Source: Corallochytrium limacisporum Hawaii (lineage: Eukaryota > Protista > Pluriformea). From it: a stretch of DNA of 64,000 nt. The notes under the pieces were generated by a model. It made no database searches. It was not told the DNA's origin and saw only the letters and a list, made by a program, of their open reading frames with translations. The DNA lies in NCBI GenBank assembly GCA_002811645.1, contig PDIP01000028.1, forward strand, positions 124,001-188,000. Reading direction: 5' to 3'. A program made the position numbers and the translations under genes. The stretch's first letter is position 1; every line of letters starts with the position of its first letter. Positions 22,401 through 32,160 of the stretch are shown piece after piece.

Positions 22401-23297
22401 GGTCATAGCGGCCTGGAGGGTGGTTTTGTCCTGTAGCGGACGTGGAATGTCTTCGATCTGTCCAGTACTCCCCTTGACATTCCGATCACGACGGGAGGGG
22501 GACGAGTACATCCCACTGTCTTCATTGACGGATCCCATGTGACTTGAGTCTTCATAGTCGCCACCAAAGGAATAGTTTGAGGAGCGGTCACTGGCCCTGC
22601 TCCGTGTGCCAGTGGAACGGTGAGTCTGGGAGCCTCCAACACTGGAGCCTCCTCCGACACTGCTGGTTTCACTGCCTCCACCCATAACGCTACCTTTCTT
22701 GGTTGCACCACTGCCGCCGTCGAGGAGAATTTCTGTGGGGATCACCGGACGGATGGTACTGACATCGCCACCCTGCCTGCCCACTTCCTCCCGAATAACA
22801 GCGATGTCCATGATGGCATTTACGGCTGCATAGTCCTGCATGACCACCTGTGAAGGAGGGATGGCCAGATCGATAGTGTGTCTTACGTCCTTGGCGGTGA
22901 TCACTCCTGAGGACGCGCTGCTTTCTCTTGCTGCACTTACGGCGGCGACGTGCTTTTCCCAATTGAGCAGGCGCTGGATGTCAGGATGATTTTTTACCTC
23001 TCCAACTGATGGGGCATGGGTTGGATCCAGACCACCGCTGCTCATTGTCGCAAGCAATTCGTTAGCCACCCGGCGCACAGTAGCCTCTAGAATGATCTTG
23101 AGCACATACGGATAGTTCTTGAGCTTGTCCGCGCCACCAACAATCGTCTCTAAGTCGATGTGATGGACCTCAATCTTCTGTCGCTTGACGATGGTGACTG
23201 ATCCGCTCTTGGTCAATTTGTGTGTGCTCGACCTAGGAGTGGTAGCTTCCCTCGTAAGGGCTACTGTCCGCTCGAAGCTACCGCACAGCTTCGTCAT
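19500..23297 (-). CDS. Iron-regulatory protein / cytosolic aconitase family member, probably catalytically inactive (IRP2-like)
   Basis: GIVHQVNLE, STDIVL, VEFVGPG, ISACTNASNP, GCAVC, SGNR, SPPLVVAYALAG, ISPAG, YGSRR. Several catalytic positions substituted; four low-complexity insertions. Confidence 0.9.
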   Translation of the reverse strand: MTKLCGSFERTVALTREATTPRSSTHKLTKSGSVTIVKRQKIEVHHIDLETIVGGADKLKNYPYVLKIILEATVRRVANELLATMSSGGLDPTHAPSVGEVKNHPDIQRLLNWEKHVAAVSAARESSASSGVITAKDVRHTIDLAIPPSQVVMQDYAAVNAIMDIAVIREEVGRQGGDVSTIRPVIPTEILLDGGSGATKKGSVMGGGSETSSVGGGSSVGGSQTHRSTGTRSRASDRSSNYSFGGDYEDSSHMGSVNEDSGMYSSPSRRDRNVKGSTGQIEDIPRPLQDKTTLQAAMTRAQLANFEQSKEMYRLLKWASRQMENVNVTPPDCGIVHQVNLERMAQVVMNRTSVSNAGSIRTGSGEVGVGGTSDLAGVLTSRLRKSGSFGNSNNGNSKDAFLYPDILVGNASHVGLINGLGELAWSVGSLDAEMAMFGLSLPLSIRDVVGVYLHGDVDPLATSTDIVLAITKRLKIKSLNGAIVEFVGPGVSNLSVADRCTVAHMCGEYDAQIAFFPFDDIASQHLQQSRLATKKRHWVVLGNSKGDSSFSEIVGSCAGSRSSATSQMDDATDASSPWESVDIVKDLLKCLGLYRSQKDLKTETADELSHRYTRLEMVDLTEVQPTCSGPRRSLDRIAVTDMQETFLKALTDPNPQIGFGVDDERLDTVVCLPEEFRSRCMTASQVPQYLEEFQQETLEDGKKKLTLWTGKKNIERPVHLRHGSVVIAAISACTNASNPTVMLGAGLLAKAALQRGLKPLPHIRLQLAPGGGTVQSYLEDSGVLRHLEQLGFHNAGFGCAVCRSETAPLMPEVDETIAKESIVAVSILSGNRKLERRVHPSTRGAYLVSPPLVVAYALAGTVNINFATDPLGFDAETGEPVFLADLWPSREEIRAVESAVVVPSLVEDLSCRIAEGTRLWDSLQCPRFEMYPWDPESTELRPSRGAVRQLGFDGMAGRSSSEALMVNRLFRRARCLLFAGDSVTCDAISPAGMIRRQSASGLYLKSLGLQNRQYGSYGSRRANHEVMIRAAFASAIVRNRLLMQEQHHQHISSNQRQQWTGANASGYYSMPTGQSDSYGSPRGHYSGRNDATNSAANESQNIAGKTMHLPTGEVMPIHEAAARYRREDVDVIILGGRDFGMRNCREWAVKSCRELGVRAIIAQSFGEDFRKGLIAYGILPLLFTDGTSAESLGVSGFETFTLELPRRWKGSTDDEPWSVLVSSNAQEYTFAVSPAVFKPWEWHLIFNNGMVGVYINQIAPLNELQ

Positions 23298-24116
23298 GGT
23301 CGACTACTGATATTGAAACTAAACAACTACTTCGATTCTAACCCACTCTATGTCATGGTGAACGCCTGTAATCCCGTATCCTTTCTCTATGCAGCAACTT
23401 CCTTTTCATCGATAGTCCAAATTCTCAATTCTCCGATATTGCTACAAACAGTATGCGGTTTTGTCAGCAAACACTACTTCCTCGATCCTTATACCATTTC
23501 AGTACCAAATGTCGAAGCGTGTGAAGTGGGACTCTCTGTTATGCCGGAAGAACTCTACAAAGCATTCTCCTACGTAATCCAAACCCATATACATTGGTAC
23601 TGACGCACATCCCGCCAAAGCCAAGTTCGATCGACGACCTCCACACTGGGTGGAATTCGCACGCGTCGTGTCCCGGGTGTCCACTCCCGTCGTGCCCAAG
23701 CACTCAATCGCCCTTCAGTGCACGGTATGCGCTTTGTCAAATTTGGAATGTGTTGGGCACTTTTTTGTGCCAGATCATCTCGCTCAGTTGAAGGAAAGTC
23801 CAACACCCGCTCCACCCCCTCCCCCAAAAAAAACTGTGGCTGACATTCTAGACCTCAAGGGTGGACACCAGAAAGCAAGTGGCCATTGCGTTTCGTCATC
23901 GAGGCAAAATAGTTTGCGGGCGCGGGCGAGGGTGCGATATAGCGAACGAGTACGAAGTGACTTTGTATGGGCCGCCGGAGGGGCCATGTGAGAGCTTGGA
24001 GCGGGCGCAAGGGTGTGTCTCGGCTCTTACCGGTCCCGGACACTACTAAACACAGGCTCACAACAGTACCACGGGGGTATTGGGGAACTCCCCCCCCCCC
24101 GGGGGGTTTTCTTCTC

Positions 24117-24166
24117 CTTTTTTCATTTAAAACCGACCGTACTTTTTTCACTTAAAACCGACCGTA
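24117..24166. repeat. 25-bp tandem duplication (2 copies, 1 mismatch)
   Basis: CTTTTTTCA(T/C)TTAAAACCGACCGTA twice, next to a C11G6 tract at 24090-24106. Confidence 0.85.
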
Positions 24167-24491
24167 AGGCCGCCCCGAGCAAAGGGGTCCATATAGAGGA
24201 CGAAAGGGGAACTTGAAACAGCCACCTCGGGCGGGGGACATGGGAGTTGGGAGTCTATTTTTGATAGTTAATTCATGATAATTTAGGGTTTAGTTTATTT
24301 TTGCTTTGCCCCGGGACGAACGCACGCCCGGTAGGGCCGTGATTGCTCATCCTCGGATCGTTCGATACTTGCATCTTTTTGTTGCGATAAGTGGTTAACC
24401 ATTTCGCACCGCCATCTGATACTTTATACTCCTATGACTTTCGGCTGCGCTTCCAGCCGAAACTGAGCCCTGACCTAAACATTCTTGATTT

Positions 24492-25276
24492 NNNNNNNNN
24501 NNNNNNNNNNNNNNNNNNNNNNNNNNNNNNNNNNNNNNNNNNNNNNNNNNNNNNNNNNNNNNNNNNNNNNNNNNNNNNNNNNNNNNNNNNNNNNNNNNNN
24601 NNNNNNNNNNNNNNNNNNNNNNNNNNNNNNNNNNNNNNNNNNNNNNNNNNNNNNNNNNNNNNNNNNNNNNNNNNNNNNNNNNNNNNNNNNNNNNNNNNNN
24701 NNNNNNNNNNNNNNNNNNNNNNNNNNNNNNNNNNNNNNNNNNNNNNNNNNNNNNNNNNNNNNNNNNNNNNNNNNNNNNNNNNNNNNNNNNNNNNNNNNNN
24801 NNNNNNNNNNNNNNNNNNNNNNNNNNNNNNNNNNNNNNNNNNNNNNNNNNNNNNNNNNNNNNNNNNNNNNNNNNNNNNNNNNNNNNNNNNNNNNNNNNNN
24901 NNNNNNNNNNNNNNNNNNNNNNNNNNNNNNNNNNNNNNNNNNNNNNNNNNNNNNNNNNNNNNNNNNNNNNNNNNNNNNNNNNNNNNNNNNNNNNNNNNNN
25001 NNNNNNNNNNNNNNNNNNNNNNNNNNNNNNNNNNNNNNNNNNNNNNNNNNNNNNNNNNNNNNNNNNNNNNNNNNNNNNNNNNNNNNNNNNNNNNNNNNNN
25101 NNNNNNNNNNNNNNNNNNNNNNNNNNNNNNNNNNNNNNNNNNNNNNNNNNNNNNNNNNNNNNNNNNNNNNNNNNNNNNNNNNNNNNNNNNNNNNNNNNNN
25201 NNNNNNNNNNNNNNNNNNNNNNNNNNNNNNNNNNNNNNNNNNNNNNNNNNNNNNNNNNNNNNNNNNNNNNNNNNNN
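24492..25276. other. Assembly gap (785 N)
   Basis: Run of N. Confidence 1.
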
Positions 25277-26106
25277 ATAAATAATCATATAAATCACGAT
25301 CCGGTATATATTTTCGAACGAAAATTTTGGTTGGATACGGAGTATACATTCAACTCAGAGGATAGTACCAGTACCATATATCGCTCTCTTGGAGTGTGAT
25401 GATGACGATGCCTGGTGGGGTGTTTGCTCTATGGAAACCGAAGATCTCAAGAAACACGTTCGGCAGCAGAGTACTCATGATCAGCAGAGTGTGGCGGACA
25501 TCTATTCAGGCAGCAGATAAAAAATGGGCTGAGTGTAAGAGGATTGAGCAGGGCTGGCCAGGGATCAGCTGACTGCCTGCCCCCTCTCCCTATATCGGCT
25601 GAGTAAGAGCAGCGCTCCCACCGAACTGCAAGCTCATTTCCCCTAAAGACCCGCCCGGTTATCCTTCTCCGTCCACTTCCCGCTGCCCCGTGCTCAGACC
25701 CAAACGCACCTGGTTTTTCGTGCCACGGGCCTTGCTTTGCCTTCCTCACAGTCATCGCCGTATATTCAATATGAAAATATTCCAAGCGATGAAAGCCGTC
25801 CGTGCATTATCAGTGGGGGGGGCCCGGGGCGGGGGGGGCAGACGCGGACGGTGCGGGACAGAGAACGGTGCCAGTGTTCTCAAGGATGGTGGTTAACTAT
25901 GTCGCATCAATCACTCAGATCGCAGCGCTTCCTCGCCCCTCTACATCCACGTATGTGTCATTTCTTCGGTATAGAAGACAGCGATGCGATTTATTTATAG
26001 ATGGTCAGCTGACCTAGAAAAGATTGAGCACCCTATCCTATCGCCTGACAGGCCTGCATTGGGTATTAAAGACGAACCTTGACTGTGTAGACTGGCCAAG
26101 GAACGG

Positions 26107-27339
26107 ATGATCCGCAGAGCTGCACTACATTTGCCTGTCCCACGACGCCGTTTGGTGCCACTTTCTGTTCTTCCTGTCACATTTACTAAAAGTCGATCCA
26201 CCGTAACCTGGGATTCTCAGCGCTCGCAGGAAAAACGAATGCCTAGTACGATGGCTGCAAACGTGGAGCTCAAGGAAGAGACGGTCACTATGGTGCCGGA
26301 TCTCCAGGCTGCCGTAGTGGCCGCCGGTTTCGGAGATAGACCTCCACCCTGTGCTGCTGCCTTGAAGCACTCTTTTGACACATTGACAGATAAGGAATTG
26401 ACTACCACGGCTGAGATCGAGGGTACCAGAATTCGCGGCATTGGCGGAGATTTTATTAGCGGTGGCATGATGGTGGCACACTTGGATAACACTTTCGGAC
26501 CACTCTCATTCTTCCGCGGTCCACGTCCGTCTGTGACCGCTCAGTTGAGCTGCATGATACTGATGCCGATGCCTACTAACACCCCAATGAAAGCGTGGGC
26601 CAAGATTACAGAACAGACCCGCCAAAACATATTCATGGACGGACAGATCATGGACGAGGACTCGAGAGTGTTTGGTTTCTCATCCAGCAGCAATCGCATG
26701 GTACCAGAGCAAATTGCAACAAAGGCTACCGGCTTCTTTGTCAGTGCAGTGGAAAGCTTCTACACTATGTACTTCAGTATTTTTGGCAAGCCGGCTCAGC
26801 TATCGTACAAAGTGAAACCAAGGGTACGTCTTGAAGCCAGCGGTAAACCGATTTTGAAATCCTTACCACCAGCCCTGGAAGAAGCAATCAAGGATGCTAC
26901 TGTTCTGGATTTTCTGAGCGGAGAGTTTGTTGCGGTCAACGCCGGTGATGGTGAGAAGATTTGCGATGGCCCCTGCCATGTTGGTAACGAATCCATCACT
27001 AGCACGAGTATCCGCTTTCCCAACCAGAAGTCCCTGTGGAACCCTCTGAACAGCTACCAGGGCGGCTTCGTGGCCACATGCATGTCCACCGCCGCCGAAG
27101 CAGCAGCGGTTCTATTCTTCGACGGCATGGGCCAGGGCAAGAGGCAGTTCTTCCTCAGCAATATCAACATCTACTACCAGCGTCCTGTCAACAAGAACGT
27201 CAAGTACATTATTGCCAATAGTCGCATTATATGCGGTCGGGAGAATGGTGAGCTTGTCTGGGAGGGCACACTGCACAATGATGACGACGAGGGTAAGCTG
27301 TGCGCCTTTGCCAACGGAACCATCCGCACAGTCAACTGA
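26107..27339 (+). CDS. Tandem hot-dog-fold (PaaI-like) thioesterase with likely mitochondrial presequence
   Basis: Two PaaI-like motifs: ISGGMMVAHLDNTFG and NPLNSYQGGFVATCMS, the latter followed by INIYYQRPV. Arg-rich, acid-free N-terminus. Confidence 0.7.
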   Translation: MIRRAALHLPVPRRRLVPLSVLPVTFTKSRSTVTWDSQRSQEKRMPSTMAANVELKEETVTMVPDLQAAVVAAGFGDRPPPCAAALKHSFDTLTDKELTTTAEIEGTRIRGIGGDFISGGMMVAHLDNTFGPLSFFRGPRPSVTAQLSCMILMPMPTNTPMKAWAKITEQTRQNIFMDGQIMDEDSRVFGFSSSSNRMVPEQIATKATGFFVSAVESFYTMYFSIFGKPAQLSYKVKPRVRLEASGKPILKSLPPALEEAIKDATVLDFLSGEFVAVNAGDGEKICDGPCHVGNESITSTSIRFPNQKSLWNPLNSYQGGFVATCMSTAAEAAAVLFFDGMGQGKRQFFLSNINIYYQRPVNKNVKYIIANSRIICGRENGELVWEGTLHNDDDEGKLCAFANGTIRTVN

Positions 27340-27413
27340 AATGGTAATCTATTTTTCTTATTGTACATTAAATCTCCCTTAGTAAGTAGAAGTTTTATCC
27401 TTCATGGACCTAT

Positions 27414-29183
27414 TCAGAGCTCCGCCTTGTAATCGAAGAGTTCCGGGGTTGCCGGTGTCGGTTCGGGCTGCTTGATTGGTTCTATAGGCGGAAGGTGTTC
27501 GGCACCGCAATGCAGATCTGTTGCCGGTTTAAAGCCACTCACCAACTCTCGCGTATCCGCAAGACAATCTCCCAGGCCCTGCAGGAATTGATACCCCTGC
27601 AAGGTCCCACTCATCAACGCTGAGTTGTGACGGGTCAGCCCCATTAGTTTTGCAGCCGGGTCAGCTTCTGCGAGCATAACGGTCAGCAGCATCCCATTCT
27701 CAGGTCCATTACACTGTGTAAGGTCGATGGCATCGAAGCGATATGTCCGCATGTCTCGGTACTGTTGCGAAGCTCTCCACGCATTTGACGTTTGCTGTGC
27801 ACCGGTGGCCGTCTGAAGAAAGTAGTTTTCCACTTCAATGATACTTACAAAGCATTGTTTCATATCTTCCGACACACGAATGGCTGGATTGAAGCCCGTC
27901 ACACTAATTTGCCAGCGGGATCCGTCAGTCAAAAAGACACCACGGCTCCAGCTCTCTTTCTGAATCGCAGTTTCCAGGAACGGAGAGGACCACTGCACAC
28001 GGCCGGCCAACGACAGGCCACCACGATCTTCAACGTATCGCGTCAGCTCAGTGCTCACACTACTTCGCAACGACGGTAGATCGTACGGCATAAACGCAAC
28101 AGTGCGCAACAGTGAAGGGAAAGTAGCTCGACCACCGCGTCTCACGATACTGCTGACATCCAGTCCTCCATCAAGCAATCGCTCAGTGGAAAGCATGCTC
28201 TGCAGGTTTACACCGGTAAGCACCTCCCAAGACGATTGTAGTTCTGGCCCTTCCTCTATGCTGCGCACCATCTGCGCGTAATCACTGCCAGTGAGCCAGG
28301 CGGCACCAATGTCGACCCCATCCGACCTTGCGTATCGTTGCGGGTACCGTTCGTAGGTGTCCATTGCTGGATTGGTCACAAACACAAACGTTGCTCGACT
28401 AGCATCCACACGCCTGAGCTTCGATGTTAAGGGTAGCGACCCCGTTGGACCAGTGACGTGGTCATTGTCGTTGGTGTCCTGTGCCTCTGTCCTCCATGGC
28501 TGCTGTCCCCCGCTTTCCTCGTAGGCCACCTCAAAGACTGGACCGCCCTTCAGCACACTCTGCAAGATGCGTGCAACATCGCTATGTAGCCGGCCATGAA
28601 GCGGCCTACATGACTCGATTTCATCAAATGCAATCACAGCGTATGGGCACCGTTCCAGGGCCTGACCAATTTCCCTTGCAACTTGGTGGTACCATGCTTC
28701 ACTGTACCCACCAGTGTCGCAGCTGAAGTATAATGTTTCCGCTGATGCAGGCGTCTCTAAGAATAACGAAGCAGCTTGACGCTGTATGATCCAATCTTTG
28801 CCGAAGACCCGCCGCAATAGGCGGGTCTTTCCGACAGCAGTGGGCCCTACCAGGAGAAACACCGCTGGAGTAGCATTCACTGACCCAGATGAACTGGAAT
28901 CAGCTCCATGCCATTCCCAAGTCTTTTCTTGAAGCACTTTCGATATCGTGTTTACTACATGCACTTGAGTACCGAATCCTTCCTTCAAAGCGTTTCGGCG
29001 GAAAGCATCGCCAAGACTTGGATTTGCTCGGCATTTACCCATCAAGACATCAGTGGCAATAGTCTTTGCGATCCCAACGGCACTGCCAATCAAGTCACTC
29101 ACTACTGCATCCGTCTGCATACAATGTACTAGTACCAAAAATATGTATAACAGTGTCCACCAGGGACGCTGTCGCAACCGCAT
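27414..29183 (-). CDS. Torsin/ClpB-like AAA+ ATPase with signal peptide and KDEL-like C-terminus
   Basis: Signal peptide; Walker A GPTAVGKT; Walker B CPYAVIAFDEIE; sensor-1-like ATFVFVTN; ends in -KAEL. Confidence 0.7.
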   Translation of the reverse strand: MRLRQRPWWTLLYIFLVLVHCMQTDAVVSDLIGSAVGIAKTIATDVLMGKCRANPSLGDAFRRNALKEGFGTQVHVVNTISKVLQEKTWEWHGADSSSSGSVNATPAVFLLVGPTAVGKTRLLRRVFGKDWIIQRQAASLFLETPASAETLYFSCDTGGYSEAWYHQVAREIGQALERCPYAVIAFDEIESCRPLHGRLHSDVARILQSVLKGGPVFEVAYEESGGQQPWRTEAQDTNDNDHVTGPTGSLPLTSKLRRVDASRATFVFVTNPAMDTYERYPQRYARSDGVDIGAAWLTGSDYAQMVRSIEEGPELQSSWEVLTGVNLQSMLSTERLLDGGLDVSSIVRRGGRATFPSLLRTVAFMPYDLPSLRSSVSTELTRYVEDRGGLSLAGRVQWSSPFLETAIQKESWSRGVFLTDGSRWQISVTGFNPAIRVSEDMKQCFVSIIEVENYFLQTATGAQQTSNAWRASQQYRDMRTYRFDAIDLTQCNGPENGMLLTVMLAEADPAAKLMGLTRHNSALMSGTLQGYQFLQGLGDCLADTRELVSGFKPATDLHCGAEHLPPIEPIKQPEPTPATPELFDYKAEL

Positions 29184-30031
29184 GGTTCTGTCTCTTGGTC
29201 CTCAGGACGGCTATCCACCTGTCATTTCTAGTCTCGTACCCGTAGGGTCTCGGATTACTCTAAAAAAGAAACACAGAGGGTAATCAAATGTCTATCATGT
29301 ATTTATTCTATGATATCTGTTCTACCTACACAAGTAATCGCTCACTAGCCGATTGAGCAGATATGGCCAAGATGTCACGCACTGCCACCTCACCGTATCC
29401 GCGCGCCGCCACTGCTGCGCACCACCCCCTCACCGTTGGTGCTTCCTCTTCCCCCCTCCCCCGGGGGGGGGGGGCCGATCTCTGACCCGCTCTCCTGGGC
29501 CAGATTGATTTTCTGATTGATCTGCACGTTTGATTTCCGTATAGGCGAATCGAGCCATAAACAAACAGCCAGTGGAGATCAGGTGAGAGGGAAAGCCACG
29601 GTTGGTATGTGTATATGTGAAGAAACTTCGATACTGAAAAAGTAGAATTGGATATGTGGGAGGTATCCCTCATGGTTTTGGGGGTCCTCGAAAGTGAAAA
29701 CAGGTGGTGTGTGCCTCCTCGCTCTTGGCCCTGTGCGCCAAGTGGGAACCAATACCCCACAACACACAGGTGCACCAATCAGCCCAGGGCCGGTTGCCTG
29801 TGTGTCTCTATCTTGTGAAAGCGTACCCCGTGTCAACGATATGAAAGTCTTGACGCGTGCTTGTGTTTTGAATTAGAACGCTCTTTTCAATATGGACAGA
29901 TACTAGAATCTGATCATTCTGGTCTGGTATTTGAAATCCTGGTTTACAGGAATGGATAAATTTCAAAGCAAGAAACGCCAACGGGATGGACTCTGTTCAC
30001 ACAGATATTGTACCACTTTAGTTGATTCAAC

Positions 30032-30538
30032 ATGTTGAGCCGATTTGCACTTCGGAACCGGGCCACTATTAACCGGGCTGTGTACAGCGCCCGCCGCTTC
30101 TACGCTGCTGAGGCTGCCGAGTCTACTGTGCCTGAGGGAAAGATCCAGCTGACTTTTGCCAGCGCTCGCGAGGGATATTTCGAGAAGGCCATTGTCCAGC
30201 AGGTTATTGTCCCCGCCGATGAGGGTAACATGGGTATTCTGGCCAAGCACGTTCCCACCCTCGGAGTGATGCGCCCTGGTGTGGCTACTGTGATTGAAGA
30301 CGGTGGACAGGAAACCAAGTTCTTCGTGTCTAGTGGCACTATTACCGTCAACCCAGATAGCACCGTGCAGATCCTTGCAGAGGAGGCTGTGCCCCTGGAC
30401 CAGCTGGATGCTGGTAAGGCCAACGAAGAGCTGAACAAGGCCCAGAGTCTGCTGAACGCTGCTAGCGATGATGTGGCTAAGGCCAAGGCCCAGATTGAGG
30501 TTGATGTATTTACCGCCATGGTCAACTCTCTCAAGTAA
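30032..30538 (+). CDS. ATP5F1D: Mitochondrial ATP synthase F1 delta subunit
   Basis: LTFAS, GILAKHVPT, RPGV, FFVSSG.ITVN.DS.VQILAEEA; mitochondrial presequence. Confidence 0.97.
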   Translation: MLSRFALRNRATINRAVYSARRFYAAEAAESTVPEGKIQLTFASAREGYFEKAIVQQVIVPADEGNMGILAKHVPTLGVMRPGVATVIEDGGQETKFFVSSGTITVNPDSTVQILAEEAVPLDQLDAGKANEELNKAQSLLNAASDDVAKAKAQIEVDVFTAMVNSLK

Positions 30539-31029
30539 TTTTTCGGGATTAACTCTGCAAAGATTTTACATACAAATATCAAACATTTTCGCATACTACA
30601 TTCGAGAACCAAAATGCATGCTCGTGGGCTAAATCGATAGTGATGTAGGGAGCTAAAGCAAGGATGCACCGGTGTGTGAAAGCCGTTTACAATGAATCAT
30701 CATTGGCATTCCATATGAATCAATGTGACTTGCTTCTTCCTCCTCCTCGTGTATGGGAAATCACTAAGTAACATTTGCTGCCCATCTTTTCTTGTCTCTT
30801 TTGTCTCCAAACCTCGTTTACGTGACTTCTTTATGCTACAGGTCAGTCGAAGCTATCGCGGTTTTATAGGATGTATTTGTTTCATGACCACTGCTGTGTC
30901 CTTGTTTGCCATTCGCGAAAGTGGCATGTTGATGATTATATGTAAAGGATGCAGCAATATATGGATATCATTTGTAGTACACGAATGACAGAACTGCAAT
31001 GATCATAAAAGAATATGATGACGGTAGGC

Positions 31030-32160
31030 CTATGACTTCACCTTCGGAGACTTTCCGTTCACTTTGGTCTTACCGTTGACGCTGTTCTTTAGAGAAGTTC
31101 CCTTTCCCCTGTTTGCACGCATGACAGTTTTCTTATCTTCTCGGATGTCATCACCTTCTTCTCCGAGCACAATACTACGGTAGGCAATGCGACTAATCAG
31201 GTAGCTCCAGTAGATGTGGATGACCTGCAATGCGGTCAACCATAGCACGAAGAACGTGTAGATGGTAGGACCGGGCCAGTCAGGGACCATGGTGCCGTAG
31301 ACAACGCTCATCAGGACCTTTGTAGGGTAGAAGTACAAACGAGTCACCACCCAGACAGCAATGAACGTGGCGAAGCAACAGTCACCAAACCTTCTCCAGA
31401 AAGCACGCTCGCGTCTCATTCCCCGTGCTTGCGCGCTTTCCTTCAGGTATACGGTCATCTTTGATGTCTCCAGAAATCCATCAGCGGCATCGTGCACGAA
31501 GAGTACGGTAATACAAATCCAATGATAGTTATTACCCCAGCCGAATGTTATAAGCAGAATAGTGAGAAGGTGGTGGACTACCATGAGCTGCGAGTCACCA
31601 CGCTTTGCATCCATGTAGTAAACACCCCAGATAGCATAAAAGTAGAAGGACAGCTGTGCCACGCACATCCAGTAAACCTCGGGGGGCTGCTGGACGCCAG
31701 GACCGTACGGTAACTCCAGCCACATGTATGTAGGGTCCTCCCACAAGTTGTGCTTCTGGATTATGAGCCACTCAAGGCCCACCATGGTCATATAGTACGT
31801 TGCCTTCCACATGCTTTCGTCCCATTTTAGGGCGTTCTGACTCTTTGCCGATGGCTCCGTTAGGTTCAGGGCCCGTGCAAGCGGGCGGCTGATCAGGGTA
31901 TGATACAGCGGTCTCACGAGTGCCCAGATGAAAGTACAGACCAGCAAGTGCAGCAAGCGCTCTGACGAAAGATCAATGTGGAAATTTTGAATTTCCCAAG
32001 CCCACCATGCTGCCGGGTCCTTATATGCCCAAACGATCCTCTCTATCCAATAAGGATACGCTTCCATAAACAGGAAACGATACGCTTCGCCGATCTGTGC
32101 CAGAGACTCCATGACTCTCGGTATACACTCTGCATTTACTGGTGAAAAACTTTTTGACAT
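31030..32160 (-). CDS. Ceramide synthase (TLC/Lag1 domain, CERS1-like, no Hox domain)
   Basis: KWDESMWK; Lag1p motif KRGDSQLMVVHHLLT...VHDAADGFLE; TRLYFYP. First ATG at 32160. Confidence 0.93.
   Translation of the reverse strand: MSKSFSPVNAECIPRVMESLAQIGEAYRFLFMEAYPYWIERIVWAYKDPAAWWAWEIQNFHIDLSSERLLHLLVCTFIWALVRPLYHTLISRPLARALNLTEPSAKSQNALKWDESMWKATYYMTMVGLEWLIIQKHNLWEDPTYMWLELPYGPGVQQPPEVYWMCVAQLSFYFYAIWGVYYMDAKRGDSQLMVVHHLLTILLITFGWGNNYHWICITVLFVHDAADGFLETSKMTVYLKESAQARGMRRERAFWRRFGDCCFATFIAVWVVTRLYFYPTKVLMSVVYGTMVPDWPGPTIYTFFVLWLTALQVIHIYWSYLISRIAYRSIVLGEEGDDIREDKKTVMRANRGKGTSLKNSVNGKTKVNGKSPKVKS

Noticed and set aside
24391-25399. About 300-aa ORFs made of X residues
   Set aside because: Artefacts of the N gap.
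14314-32160. Ceramidase and ceramide synthase as a sphingolipid cluster
   Set aside because: They are 16 kb apart with five unrelated genes between them; chance is sufficient.
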